DNA of 64,000 nt from positions 528,897 through 592,896 of the forward strand of contig JAQUQO010000001.1 in assembly GCA_028716045.1 (NCBI GenBank). Reading direction: 5' to 3'. A model generated the notes under the pieces. That model was not told where the DNA came from. It did no database searches and worked only from the letters and a program-made list of their open reading frames with translations. The DNA is from Patescibacteria group bacterium (lineage in GTDB: Bacteria > Patescibacteriota > Patescibacteriia > JAQUQO01). The position numbers and the translations under genes are program-made. Below, one piece after another: positions 36,892-47,030 of the stretch (position 1 is the stretch's first letter; every line of letters starts with the position of its first letter).

Positions 36892-38532
36892 CTATTTTTT
36901 CTTTTTGATGGCCGCTTTGATAAATTCTCTGAATAAGGGATGCGGCCTTAGCGGGCGGGATTTAAATTCCGGATGGAATTGAACGCCGACAAAAAAGGGA
37001 TGGTCTTTTTTGGAAAGTTCTACAATTTCTACCAGCTTATTATCCGGAGAAGTGCCGGCCAAAACCAGTCCTTTCTTTTGGAATAAACCCCGATAATCAT
37101 TATTAAACTCGTAGCGATGGCGATGGCGTTCAAAAATTTGCCTTTTATCATAGGCCTCGCGGCTGATAGACCCCGGGGCTAAAAAGCAGGGATAAGCTCC
37201 CAGGCGCATGGTCCCCCCATATCTTTTATCTTTAATTTTTTCCGCCTGGTCGGGCATAATATGAATCACCGGATTTTTAGTGGAAGGATTTATCTCGGCG
37301 GTGTTAGCGTTTCTTAATTTACAAACGTGGCGCGCGAATTCAATCACGGCCATATGCATTCCGTAACAAAGTCCGAGATACGGAATTCTATTTTTTCTCG
37401 CGTACTCCACGGCTTTTATTTTTCCCTCTACTCCGCGCGAACCAAAACCTCCGGGGATAATTATCCCGTCCAGCTCTTTCAACTCTTTTAATTTCTGCGC
37501 GTCTTTCTCGTATTCTTCGGAATTAAGCCAAAAAAGCTCTGGTTTTTTCCCGTGGAACCAGGAGGCGTGTTTAACGGCCTCAATAACTGAAATATAAGAA
37601 TCGGACAAAACAAATTTACCCGTGCTAAAATATTTTCCGACTATTCCGATTTTAACCGCCCGATTGGATTTGTTGAGTTTTTTAAACTTAAACACCAATT
37701 TCTTCCACTCGGCCAAATCTTTCTTTTTATCTCTTAGCCCGAATTTCTGTAAAATCCTCTCCCCTAGTTTTTCTTTCTGAAAAAGAAGAGGTATTTCATA
37801 AATAGAATCTACGTCCGGCGCGGAAATTACGTCCTCCTGGCTGACGTTGCAGAAAATGGAAAGTTTGCGCTTGCGCGGCGTATCCAACGGCCTTTCCGAC
37901 CGCCCGAGCAGGATATCCGGCTGGATACCCACCGCGTTTAAAGAACGCACCGCGGTCTGTGTAGGTTTAGTTTTCATCTCCCCTACTTTGCTCGGGATAG
38001 GCAAATAACTCACCATCACGACTAAAACTTTGTCGGGATACTGCGACCTCATCATTCTCACCGCTTCCAGAAATAAAACGTTCTGGTATTCGCCGACCGT
38101 TCCGCCTATTTCTATAATAATAAAGTCCGCTTTGCCTTTCTTCTCCACCCGCTTGATTCTTCTGATGACCTCTTCGGGAACATGAGGAACAACCTCCACG
38201 CATCTGCCGCCATATTCCAAATTACGCTCTCGCCCAATTACCGTCTGATAAACACGGCCGGTGGTCATATAATTATCGGATAAAATATTCACGTCCAGAA
38301 ATCTCTCATAATTTCCAAGGTCCTGGTCGGTTTCATCGCCGTCTTCAGTCACAAAAACCTCCCCGTGTTCCACGGGATTCATGGTGCCGGCATCAACATT
38401 GATATAGGGGTCGATTTTTATGGCCGTCACTTTATAACCCTTGCTTTGTAATAATTTTCCAATGGAAGCCGAAGCCGCTCCCTTGCCAACGGAAGACATC
38501 ACCCCGCCAACGACAAAAATAAAGCGTGACAT
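36892..38532 (-). CDS. pyrG: CTP synthase
   Basis: GGVMSSVGKG, KIDPYINVDAGTMNP.EHGE, GLCYGM, ERHRHRYE, QFHPEF. Confidence 0.97.
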   Translation of the reverse strand: MSRFIFVVGGVMSSVGKGAASASIGKLLQSKGYKVTAIKIDPYINVDAGTMNPVEHGEVFVTEDGDETDQDLGNYERFLDVNILSDNYMTTGRVYQTVIGRERNLEYGGRCVEVVPHVPEEVIRRIKRVEKKGKADFIIIEIGGTVGEYQNVLFLEAVRMMRSQYPDKVLVVMVSYLPIPSKVGEMKTKPTQTAVRSLNAVGIQPDILLGRSERPLDTPRKRKLSIFCNVSQEDVISAPDVDSIYEIPLLFQKEKLGERILQKFGLRDKKKDLAEWKKLVFKFKKLNKSNRAVKIGIVGKYFSTGKFVLSDSYISVIEAVKHASWFHGKKPELFWLNSEEYEKDAQKLKELKELDGIIIPGGFGSRGVEGKIKAVEYARKNRIPYLGLCYGMHMAVIEFARHVCKLRNANTAEINPSTKNPVIHIMPDQAEKIKDKRYGGTMRLGAYPCFLAPGSISREAYDKRQIFERHRHRYEFNNDYRGLFQKKGLVLAGTSPDNKLVEIVELSKKDHPFFVGVQFHPEFKSRPLRPHPLFREFIKAAIKKKK

Positions 38533-38534
38533 AA

Positions 38535-38984
38535 TTATTTAGTACCTGTTATTCTTATTTTAATATTAAAAAATATCTCCGGGGTAAACTTTATTTCTAC
38601 ACTATGCTCTCCTGCCTCTTTGATTGGCTTTTTGATTATAATAAAATCCGGCCCTACCTCTGCCCCCAATTGTTGCTTGAGCGCGCTGGATATTTCTGAC
38701 GGTTTTACGGCGGCAAAAAGTTTTCCGCCCTGGCTGATTTTCCCCTCCACTTTCACCTCGCGGTTGGCAATTTTATTTTTTATAGCCACGAATCTGTCTT
38801 TTTCTCCTTGCTCGCGCCTATTTTTCGCTTTCATTTTTATCTCGGCCACGGCCAGCGCCTTAGCATCAGCCAAAACCGCTAGATTATTAGGAAGCAAAAA
38901 ATTCCTGCCATAACCCTCCGCCACTTCTTTTACTTCCCCCTCCTTACCTAACTTGGAAACGTCTTTAAGCAAGATAATTTTCAT
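38535..38984 (-). CDS. rplI: 50S ribosomal protein L9
   Basis: MKIILLKDV..LGK.GEVKEV..GYGRNFLLP. Confidence 0.95.
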   Translation of the reverse strand: MKIILLKDVSKLGKEGEVKEVAEGYGRNFLLPNNLAVLADAKALAVAEIKMKAKNRREQGEKDRFVAIKNKIANREVKVEGKISQGGKLFAAVKPSEISSALKQQLGAEVGPDFIIIKKPIKEAGEHSVEIKFTPEIFFNIKIRITGTK

Positions 38985-39037
38985 ATTGGCAAAACATTAT
39001 CTTATAATAACACGGAACCTATCTTTTGTTTAACGCT

Positions 39038-40312
39038 CTAAGGGGCTAAAATTTCAAGGGCTTTATCAAGTTGTGGGTCATTATCATTATTGAAATCGTC
39101 TTTAGTCAAATCAATTTCTATATCCGGGTCAATTCCCAGCTGGTCGATTTCTCTCCCCTTGGGAGTAAGCCATTTAGCCACGGTCAATTTGACCGCTGAA
39201 CCATCTGTAAAAGTTTCCATTTCCTGCACCGACCCCTTGCCGAAGGTTTTTTTGCCAATCAGCGTGGCTAAGCCATAATCCTGTAAAGCACCGGCGACAA
39301 TTTCAGAACCGGAAGCGCTGCCCTCATTAATTAACACCATTGTCTTATAATCCTTAAGACGCGCCCTCGAAGGAGATTTGTACTCTTTAATGCTCCCATC
39401 GCCGAATTTCTCCGTCACTACCAATTCGCCGTCTACCCACTCCGAAGCGACTCTCACGGCGCCGTCCAAAAATCCCCCGGGGTTGCCCCGCAAATCGATA
39501 ATTAAACCATCGGGATTTTCTTCCAGCGCCCATCTAACCGCTTTGTCAAAACGTTCCACCGTGTCTTCAATAAATTGATTAATTTCTATATAAGCGATCT
39601 TCTTGCCGTGATAATCTTTCATCTCATATTTAACACTCACAATATTAATCACTCCGCGAGTAATAGTAAAATCCTTCGGTTCGGTAAATTCCTCGCGGGT
39701 TATCTTCAGGATGACATTGGTACCGGATTTCCCGCGAATAATTGAGATGGCATAATCCAAAGAAATACCGGAGGCATCCATATTATCAATTGCTAAAATT
39801 ACATCGCCAGTTCGAATGCCCGCCTTGTCCGCCGGAGTATCGGGCAAGGGAGCGATAACCGTGAGATGATTATTTTTTATCCCGATTTCCGCGCCGATAC
39901 CCTCAAAACTTCCGGAAAGTTCTTTGGTGAATTTTTCGGTCGTTTCCGGGTCAAAAAATACCGAATGCGGATCGCCCAAAGATGCCACCATTCCGGCCAA
40001 AGCGCCATAAAATAATTTGGTGTCAAGAATATCTTTATTTATATACCTTATTTTTATCGCCTCCCATAATTGCCAGAATAAATTAAAATCCACGTCTTTA
40101 GATAAAAATTCCGGCGTTTTATTTTTTTCAACATTTACCACCGCCCCGCCGGCAATATCAGCGCCTTTCTGCGTTTCTATTTTCCAGCGATATTCATTAA
40201 CCAAGAGACCGGCGACAAAACTAAACAAAACTAAAGTCACCACCACGTAAATGGAAACTCCGCACCACCACCCCTTTTTCGGCGACCGACTGGGCTGATA
40301 TTGAAATTGCAT
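39038..40312 (-). CDS. S41 C-terminal processing peptidase (CtpA-like)
   Basis: PDZ GIGAEI, DLRGNPGG, SASGSEIVAGALQD, TFGKGSVQ. Confidence 0.93.
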   Translation of the reverse strand: MQFQYQPSRSPKKGWWCGVSIYVVVTLVLFSFVAGLLVNEYRWKIETQKGADIAGGAVVNVEKNKTPEFLSKDVDFNLFWQLWEAIKIRYINKDILDTKLFYGALAGMVASLGDPHSVFFDPETTEKFTKELSGSFEGIGAEIGIKNNHLTVIAPLPDTPADKAGIRTGDVILAIDNMDASGISLDYAISIIRGKSGTNVILKITREEFTEPKDFTITRGVINIVSVKYEMKDYHGKKIAYIEINQFIEDTVERFDKAVRWALEENPDGLIIDLRGNPGGFLDGAVRVASEWVDGELVVTEKFGDGSIKEYKSPSRARLKDYKTMVLINEGSASGSEIVAGALQDYGLATLIGKKTFGKGSVQEMETFTDGSAVKLTVAKWLTPKGREIDQLGIDPDIEIDLTKDDFNNDNDPQLDKALEILAP

Positions 40313-40321
40313 ATTCTAAAA

Positions 40322-41572
40322 TTAAATTCTTTTTATTTTCGCTCCCAAATTTCCTAATCGCTCTTCTATTTTTTCGTAACCCCTGTCAACTATTTCCGCT
40401 TCATTGATAATCGTCTGTCCGCGAGCGATAAGACCGGCGATAATCATAGTGACGCCGGCGCGCAAATCAAAACTTTTTATTTCCTGGCCGTATAAAGGCG
40501 TGGGGCCGGTAATAATGACGCGATGCGGGTCAGCCACAATGGCGTTGGCTCCCATTTTAACAAGTTCGCCCACATAACTCATTCGCCCCTCATACATCGG
40601 GTCGTGGATGAGCGAAGTTCCGGCGCACTGCGTCGCCAAAACTCCAAAAGGCGCCTGCAAGTCCGTCGGAAAACCCGGGTAAGGCAGCGCCTGCAATCGG
40701 AAAGATTTTAAATTATGCGAAGGAATAATTTTGAGAAAATTTTTGCCTAACTCTGTTTTTACTCCCGCGCTCTGTAATTTCAATAAAATCAAATCCAGAT
40801 GCTCGGGAATAATATCTTCAATAACGACTTCGCTCTTGGTCGCCGCCGCCGCCACGGCAAAAGTCCCTATCTCTATCTGGTCAGGAATAATTTTATGCTT
40901 CGCGCCTTTTAATTTTTCTACGCCCTCAATTTCAATAACATGATTGCCGGCAAATTTTATTTTAGCTCCCAAAGCATTCAAAAAATCGGCTAAATCCTCA
41001 ACGTGCGGCTCTACGGCGGCGATTTTAATAGTAGTTATCCCTGCGGCAAAAACGGCAGCCATCATCGCGTTTTCAGTTGCGGTAACTGAAAATTCTGGTA
41101 AAATAATAATAGCGCCCTTTAGCTTGCCGGAAAAATTATACAATCCGTCCTCCCTCTCCACTTTAGCTCCCAGCTTTTCCAAGACATACAGATGAGCGTC
41201 AATCGGCCTGTTGCCGATAATACAACCGCCCGGTTCGGGAATAGCGACTTCCCCGAATCTCGCCAAAAGCGGGCCCAAAAGCAAAATGGAAGAACGCATG
41301 CTTTTCACGGTCTGCTTATCCAAATCGTTCAAATCAACCCCCTTGTTGCAGATGGTGAGTTCGTTAGCGCCGGTCCATTCCGCGCGACCGCCCAAACTGC
41401 GGAGAATCTCCAACATTTTTTCTACGTCAACAATGCGGGGAACATTTTGCAAAACGCACTCCTCGGCCGTTAGCAGGGTGGCGGCGATGATGGGTGTAGC
41501 CGCGTTTTTCATCCCCCCCGCTTTAATTGTGCCGGAAAGGTGATAACCTCCCTCAATAATAAATTTAGACAT
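40322..41572 (-). CDS. murA: UDP-N-acetylglucosamine 1-carboxyvinyltransferase
   Basis: KNAATP, MRSS, PGGCIIGNRPIDAH, PGFPTDLQ, DLRAG. Confidence 0.96.
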   Translation of the reverse strand: MSKFIIEGGYHLSGTIKAGGMKNAATPIIAATLLTAEECVLQNVPRIVDVEKMLEILRSLGGRAEWTGANELTICNKGVDLNDLDKQTVKSMRSSILLLGPLLARFGEVAIPEPGGCIIGNRPIDAHLYVLEKLGAKVEREDGLYNFSGKLKGAIIILPEFSVTATENAMMAAVFAAGITTIKIAAVEPHVEDLADFLNALGAKIKFAGNHVIEIEGVEKLKGAKHKIIPDQIEIGTFAVAAAATKSEVVIEDIIPEHLDLILLKLQSAGVKTELGKNFLKIIPSHNLKSFRLQALPYPGFPTDLQAPFGVLATQCAGTSLIHDPMYEGRMSYVGELVKMGANAIVADPHRVIITGPTPLYGQEIKSFDLRAGVTMIIAGLIARGQTIINEAEIVDRGYEKIEERLGNLGAKIKRI

Positions 41573-41638
41573 ACTTATACACATCTTAACCCAGCCGGAT
41601 AAAATAGTAAACCCCTCAAACTTTAAACGATTTTTATT

Positions 41639-43027
41639 ATGGATTTAAAAACTCGTCGAATAATTTATTCAATTTTCATAGCGGTTTTCATTATTGTCGC
41701 GCCATTTGTTGTCCTTTACGCCGCGGGGTATCGCTACGACTGGAAACGGGGCAAACTTCTTCAAACTGGCGGAATTTATTTAATAGTTAAAACCCCAAAA
41801 ACTAAAATATATCTTGGCGGAGAATTAATCAAAGAAACTGGCATATTTTTTAATAACGAAGTACGGCTAAACAATCTCCTGCCCAATAATTATCGCCTGA
41901 CAGTGAGTAAAGACGGTTTTTATTCTTGGGAAAAAAATCTGACCGTCCGGAGTCAAGAAACCACCTTTGCCGAGCATATCAATCTTTTTCGGCAGAATCA
42001 GCCGCGGGAAGAAATAGATGAGCCGAGTGAGTTGATAAATATTTCTCCCAATCAAAAATATTTAATCTACTCCGGCATCAAAAGAGAAATATCGGGACTT
42101 TGGCTTTGGGATAAAGAAAAAAAATCCAAGGAATTATTATATCGGATAAATAAAAACTCGCTGGAAAATTTAAATTATGAAGAACTTGTCAAATGGTCCT
42201 CTGACAGCAAAAAAATTCTGCTCGCCGCACCAGCGGCGGCTGGCGGAAATTCTCATTTTGTTATTAATGCCGAAAATCCGGCTGAAATTATCCTCGTAGA
42301 GAATATCGCCAAGCAAAAATTTAATGCTGTTTTTTGGGTCAAAAACGGCAGTAATTCCCTTTACGCTATCAGTAAGAATATAATCTACGAAATTGACCTG
42401 CCTAACAATACTGTCGCCCAATTTATAACTTCAGAAAACGAAGGTGAAATTGTTGATTTATGGAGAGAAAATGACGATTTTTATTATACTTTGCTCACCG
42501 ACACAGAGACATTGCTTCTCAAAAAAAATGTCTGGAGCGGAGAACAAATTATCCTACGCCTGACTGCCAATCCCTATAAATTTATCGCTCCCGGACCCAA
42601 AAATATCTTTTCTCTATACGACGATAAAAATAAAGAAGTGCTGCTCATAGATAAAACTACTTCGGAAGTTTTGCTTCAAGAAAAAGCGCTGGGCGGCGAA
42701 TGGGAAAAAACGCAGGAAAGATTTTTGTATTACAAAAATTTTGAATTATGGTTTTACGAGCACAAAGAAGATAAAAACGAGCTTATTTCCCGCTACAGCC
42801 AAGAAATAAAAAAAGCCCGCTGGGTTCCGGCTTTGGATTATATCACGTTTCTTCTTGGCGATGCTCTTAAAATTATTGAACTTGACGGCAGGGATAAACG
42901 CAATTTTTATAATCTGGCGGATGAAATACGCGCCAATAATTTTCTCTTGACTGAAAACGGGGAAACGGTTTATCTAAGTTCCGACAAAGATAAGGGCGGC
43001 GGTTTATATGAATTGGTTATCCAATAA
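41639..43027 (+). CDS. PEGA-domain membrane-anchored protein
   Basis: YAAGYRYD..QTGGI, NLLPNNYRLTVSKDGFYSWEK, beta-propeller-like remainder with ELDGRDK. Confidence 0.8.
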   Translation: MDLKTRRIIYSIFIAVFIIVAPFVVLYAAGYRYDWKRGKLLQTGGIYLIVKTPKTKIYLGGELIKETGIFFNNEVRLNNLLPNNYRLTVSKDGFYSWEKNLTVRSQETTFAEHINLFRQNQPREEIDEPSELINISPNQKYLIYSGIKREISGLWLWDKEKKSKELLYRINKNSLENLNYEELVKWSSDSKKILLAAPAAAGGNSHFVINAENPAEIILVENIAKQKFNAVFWVKNGSNSLYAISKNIIYEIDLPNNTVAQFITSENEGEIVDLWRENDDFYYTLLTDTETLLLKKNVWSGEQIILRLTANPYKFIAPGPKNIFSLYDDKNKEVLLIDKTTSEVLLQEKALGGEWEKTQERFLYYKNFELWFYEHKEDKNELISRYSQEIKKARWVPALDYITFLLGDALKIIELDGRDKRNFYNLADEIRANNFLLTENGETVYLSSDKDKGGGLYELVIQ

Positions 43028-43037
43028 ATTTATTACT

Positions 43038-43069
43038 AAAATCCCCCTCATTATAGAGGGGGATTTTTT
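43038..43069. terminator. Bidirectional terminator
   Basis: AAAATCCCCCTC..GAGGGGGATTTTTT. Confidence 0.8.
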
Positions 43070-43075
43070 AATTAT

Positions 43076-43804
43076 CTATTTTTTATTTTTTTCTCTTTCG
43101 GCCGCCAGCTCCGCGGCTTTGAGCAAACTGTCAAAACTTTCACCGCCATCTCCCCACCAGCCCGTAAGTTTGGAAAAGGTCATGGTCCCCTGCTTGACGT
43201 AAAAATTATTGACGTCTGTAATTTCCAATTCCCCCCGGCCCGAGGGCTTGAGGGTTTTAATCACTTCCCAAACCTGATTGTCATACATATATAGTCCGAT
43301 GACCGCCAAATTGCTCTTGGGCTCGGCCGGCTTTTCCACTATACTGACAATTTTGTCTCCGTTTACTTCCGCTACGCCAAACGATTTTGGATTCTCCACT
43401 TCTTTCAAAAATATCTTGGCGCCCTTCTCTCGTCTGGCAAAATCGTCCACTGCTTCCTTGATATTATCCTCTAAGATATTATCGCCCAGCATTACCACGA
43501 TTTTATCGTTATCGGCAAAATCATCGCACAACCCGAGCGCCTGGGCGATGCCGCCCGGCTTTTCCTGCACGCCATAGGAGAACCTCGCGCCGAATTCCTC
43601 GCCGGAACGGAGTAATTCTAAAAAGTGCCCCGCGTGTCCTTTGCCCGAGACAATCATAATATCTTTGATTCCGGCGCTAACCAAAGTTTCAATCGGATAA
43701 TAAATCATGGGCTTATCATAAACCGGCAATAAGTGCTTATTAGTGACATAAGTTAACGGCCGCAACCGCGTCCCCTCGCCTCCTGCGAGTATGATGCCTT
43801 TCAT
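43076..43804 (-). CDS. rfbA: Glucose-1-phosphate thymidylyltransferase (short form)
   Basis: MKGIILAGGEGTRLRPLT..NKHLLPVYDKPMIYY, VEKP, RGELEITD. Confidence 0.88.
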   Translation of the reverse strand: MKGIILAGGEGTRLRPLTYVTNKHLLPVYDKPMIYYPIETLVSAGIKDIMIVSGKGHAGHFLELLRSGEEFGARFSYGVQEKPGGIAQALGLCDDFADNDKIVVMLGDNILEDNIKEAVDDFARREKGAKIFLKEVENPKSFGVAEVNGDKIVSIVEKPAEPKSNLAVIGLYMYDNQVWEVIKTLKPSGRGELEITDVNNFYVKQGTMTFSKLTGWWGDGGESFDSLLKAAELAAEREKNKK

Positions 43805-43845
43805 AGGATATAAAATTATTTTACTCTTTGAATTTTTATTTAAAT

Positions 43846-44364
43846 CTAATGGAGAATAATCGCCAAAATAACTACAAAAATTAACACAACCACTCCAGCG
43901 GATATCCAAAGCCGTAAAATTTTTTTATTAGTTTCAGTCGCCCTTTGTTTCCTTTCTGCATCGCTTAAACGGATTGGCGGTTGTTTTTCTCCTAAAATTA
44001 TTTTAAGAGGGTCTGTTATCAACGGATAAAACCATAACCAACTAAGTGGAGCAAAAACCATACACCACAAAGCGTTCGCTTTCGATAATTTTTCCGCTTT
44101 TAATACCTTTGTGCAAAAATAGATAAAATATACCAAAAACCCTATATAGAGAATAAAAAATATAACGACTAATTCGCTTTCGGATTCGCTTAAACCACGT
44201 AAAACGATACTACCAACAAATGCTATCCAAAACAATACCTTTAATCGGTTTAAATATTCTCTTGCCTGTTCTGTATGTTTTATGTCCGTTCTTGCTAAAT
44301 ATTTTTCTGCGATCTCTCTTGAATTATTTGACTCGATTTCTTTCATTCTATTATATTGCTCCAT
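43846..44364 (-). CDS. AT-rich orphan membrane protein
   Basis: 172-aa ORF with about 4 hydrophobic segments, inserted between rfbD and rfbA. Confidence 0.6.
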   Translation of the reverse strand: MEQYNRMKEIESNNSREIAEKYLARTDIKHTEQAREYLNRLKVLFWIAFVGSIVLRGLSESESELVVIFFILYIGFLVYFIYFCTKVLKAEKLSKANALWCMVFAPLSWLWFYPLITDPLKIILGEKQPPIRLSDAERKQRATETNKKILRLWISAGVVVLIFVVILAIILH

Positions 44365-44498
44365 ACATTTAATATTTTATATATTTATAAATCAATGGCC
44401 TATTCTTTACAATTTTATCTTAAAAAATTCTTCTACTAATAAATTTTATTTATTCCAAATACTCCCCCAACGCTTCTTGCCACCTCCTTATCTATTTT

Positions 44499-44618
44499 GT
44501 CTTTGCGACCCCGAGATTGACTTCGGCGAGCTCAGTCGAGCCGTCGAGGGGGAAGCAATCTCTATAATACGCGTAGATTGCTTCGTCGTCCCGAATTCTA
44601 GGGACTCCTCGCAATGAC
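44499..44618. repeat. GTCATTGCGA..GCAATC/GATTGC..TCGCAATGAC palindromic element with nested inserts, copy 1
   Basis: Near-direct repeat of 45471-45591; contains GACTTCGGCGAGCTCAGTCGAGCC at 44519-44542. Confidence 0.85.
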
Positions 44619-44619
44619 A

Positions 44620-45462
44620 TTATTGTTTTAAATACTCCCTCAATGCCTCCCTCCAACTCCTCATCTCCGGCAATTTGGTGTTTAACAAAACAGAAAATTT
44701 GGGACGGCGGGCGAGGCGGGGAAATTTATCGGAATTGACCGGTTCAACTTTTATATCTATATTTTTTATTTTAAAAATCTCTTTGGCAAATTCGTACCAC
44801 GTGCAGGCATCGTCGTTTGTCGCGTGATAAATACCCCACGGATAACCACCATCAACTATTTCTTTCGTCCTCTTCGCTAAATCTAAAGCATAAGTGGGAC
44901 TGGCATATTCCTCGTCAACGACTTCCAGCTTATCACGCTCCCCTGCCAATTGCAACATTAAATCAACAAAACTTTTCTTGGCCTCGGCGCTGGAAGCGGG
45001 ATTGCCGAATAATTTACAAGTACGCAAAATATAGTATCTATCACCATATTTTTGAACCTCCCGTTCGCCCATCAATTTGCTCTCACCATATTTATTAACC
45101 GGACTCGGTTCGTCATTTTCCTTATATCCCTCCTCCTTACTGCCGTCAAAAACGTAATCACTGCTATAATGGACGAAAACAGAACCAACTTCTTTGGCTA
45201 TTTTTGCCAAATATCCCGGCGCCTCGCCATTTACTTTTTTAGCAATGGCAAATCCTTCTTCTTCCTCGCATTTATCAACGGCATTATAAGCCGCGGCGTT
45301 AATAATTAAATCAGGTGTTAATTTTGTAATCTTTTCTCGCGCTTGCTTTTCATCGGTGATATCAATTTCTTCTCTATCCCATAAAAAAAGTTCCTCGCCG
45401 GAAAAAACTTCCGCCAAGTACTGCCCCAGCATTCCTTTCGCGCCGATGATTAGTATTTTCAT
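44620..45462 (-). CDS. rfbD: dTDP-4-dehydrorhamnose reductase
   Basis: GAKGMLG, NAAAYNAVDKCE, SSDYVFDG, YGESK. Confidence 0.93.
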   Translation of the reverse strand: MKILIIGAKGMLGQYLAEVFSGEELFLWDREEIDITDEKQAREKITKLTPDLIINAAAYNAVDKCEEEEGFAIAKKVNGEAPGYLAKIAKEVGSVFVHYSSDYVFDGSKEEGYKENDEPSPVNKYGESKLMGEREVQKYGDRYYILRTCKLFGNPASSAEAKKSFVDLMLQLAGERDKLEVVDEEYASPTYALDLAKRTKEIVDGGYPWGIYHATNDDACTWYEFAKEIFKIKNIDIKVEPVNSDKFPRLARRPKFSVLLNTKLPEMRSWREALREYLKQ

Positions 45463-45470
45463 AGTATTTT

Positions 45471-45591
45471 GTCATTGCGACCCCGAGCTTGACTTCGGCG
45501 AGCTCAGTCGAGTCGTCGAGGGGGAAGCAATCTCTAATACGTGTAGATTGCTTCGCTCATCTTCAACAAGTTCGGATTCGCTCGCAATGAC
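45471..45591. repeat. Same palindromic element, copy 2
   Basis: GTCATTGCGA-CCCCGAGCTT-[GACTTCGGCGAGCTCAGTCGAGTC]-GTCGAGGGG-GAAGCAATCT..AGATTGCTTCG..CTCGCAATGAC. Confidence 0.85.
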
Positions 45592-45623
45592 AGATTATTA
45601 CAAATTATTATAGATATTTAAAC

Positions 45624-46172
45624 TCAACTATCTCCCTTGCCCAACGGCAAAAGTTCGCTATCATGTTCAGCTAAAGCAATCACAACTTCACCTCCACTTC
45701 TTTTACCCTCTCTTGCCATTAACGCCAAAGCGCCTGCCCGATGTATTCCTTCAATTAAAACTATTTCTCCATTATGGATAACGCCCGTTAACATTGTTTG
45801 AAAAGGAAAATTATTAATAATGTCTTTTATTTTATTATTAGCGGCAATTAATGGATGATTTATTATATCTGACAATCGTTTAGTAATAATTCCGCCATAA
45901 CATTTGGCAATCCAACTGCGTGTCGGCGTTCCGTAAAATTTTTCCACCTCCGCGATGTCATTTATGCGGTATATTTTCCATTTTTTCTCCTGCGGTTTCA
46001 ACGGGGCAACATAATTGGCTCTCCACTCATCCCAAGAGTTAAATCCTCTTTCTCTCCAATGCTTCTCCCAGCCTTTCTGATAAGCTTCGTAAACACGCCA
46101 CACCGCAAAAATATCCCGCCATTCAATATCGTGGACGTATTCTAAGGATTTATATTGCTCCGGGATTTTCAT
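45624..46172 (-). CDS. Hypothetical protein with a ParB/sulfiredoxin-like motif
   Basis: IVLIEGIHRAGAL resembles the IIDGHHR motif; bounded by two palindromic elements. Confidence 0.55.
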   Translation of the reverse strand: MKIPEQYKSLEYVHDIEWRDIFAVWRVYEAYQKGWEKHWRERGFNSWDEWRANYVAPLKPQEKKWKIYRINDIAEVEKFYGTPTRSWIAKCYGGIITKRLSDIINHPLIAANNKIKDIINNFPFQTMLTGVIHNGEIVLIEGIHRAGALALMAREGKRSGGEVVIALAEHDSELLPLGKGDS

Positions 46173-46187
46173 AAATAATTATTCATT

Positions 46188-46293
46188 ACTCCCCTCCTTA
46201 GATAAGCTTGCCTACCGGCAGGCAGGGAGGGGTTGGGGTGATTAGATATTTCAACTCCCACCCCCTCTGACTCCCCCTCGGGCAGGGGGAGAA
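46188..46293. repeat. CTCCCCTCCTT..GGAGGGG palindromic element with nested CTTGCCTACCGGCAGGCAGG
   Basis: Insert at 46207-46226 matches the palindrome at 16582-16601. Confidence 0.75.
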
Positions 46294-46300
46294 TATTAAC

Positions 46301-47029
46301 TTAAAAATATTTAAAATTAATCTTTCCTGTCTCTACCGTCTCTTTCACTCTCTCATAATCTTCCGGCGTACCCAAATCCGCCCAAAAGCCGTCGTGGATG
46401 AAACCGTAAATCGGCCTTCCTTCGCGCAACATTCCAAAATAGGCAGTGTCAATTACAGATGCCGGCTCTTTTTTCAGATAATCCAAAACTTGCGGCTCTA
46501 AAACATGGATTCCCGTGAACATATATTCTTCCGCCTCGTCCGTGTAACCGGATATTTCTTTGATGTCGCGGACTCTGCTTTCTTTATCGACTAAAATTTT
46601 TGGATACTGTTTATCTGAATCATTTTTTCGCAATACCATGGTTGCCAGCGCTTTTTTCTGCCGGTGGAAATCAACGACTCGGCGCAAATCAATATCAGCT
46701 AAAATATCGCTATTTATTACCACAAAAGTATCTTTGATTTTACCGATTTCTGCCGCTTGTTTTATCCCGCCGCCGGTGTCTAAAATTTCCTCTTCTTTGG
46801 AATAAACGATACACATTCCTAATTGTGAGCCATCGCCCAGCTCCCTTTTTATCAAATCACCTAAGTAATATAAATTGATAATAACGTCGGTAATGCTGGC
46901 GTTTTTTAAAAGTTTCAGCGAGTAATAAATAAGCGGCTGACCGTTAACCGGCAAAAGCGGTTTGGGAATTTTTTCTGTAAGTGGACGCAATCTCTCTCCC
47001 CGTCCCGCCGCCAAAACTATGGCTTGCAT
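46301..47029 (-). CDS. Nucleotidyltransferase (NDP-sugar synthase/MurU-like)
   Basis: MQAIVLAAGRGERLRPLT..PKPL, LDTGGGI, WADLGTPE. Confidence 0.85.
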   Translation of the reverse strand: MQAIVLAAGRGERLRPLTEKIPKPLLPVNGQPLIYYSLKLLKNASITDVIINLYYLGDLIKRELGDGSQLGMCIVYSKEEEILDTGGGIKQAAEIGKIKDTFVVINSDILADIDLRRVVDFHRQKKALATMVLRKNDSDKQYPKILVDKESRVRDIKEISGYTDEAEEYMFTGIHVLEPQVLDYLKKEPASVIDTAYFGMLREGRPIYGFIHDGFWADLGTPEDYERVKETVETGKINFKYF

Positions 47030-47030
47030 T

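Noticed and set aside
43804-43909. Extended N-termini in the ORF track (also at 667, 19949, 21378, 23938, 34535, 47101, 55853)
   Set aside because: Downstream ATGs match family starts or SD sites better; coordinates were adjusted.
44282-44617. 111-aa ORF sharing CDPEIDFGELSRAVEGEAIS with the ORF at 45356-45613
   Set aside because: The similarity comes from the shared non-coding repeat, not a protein family.
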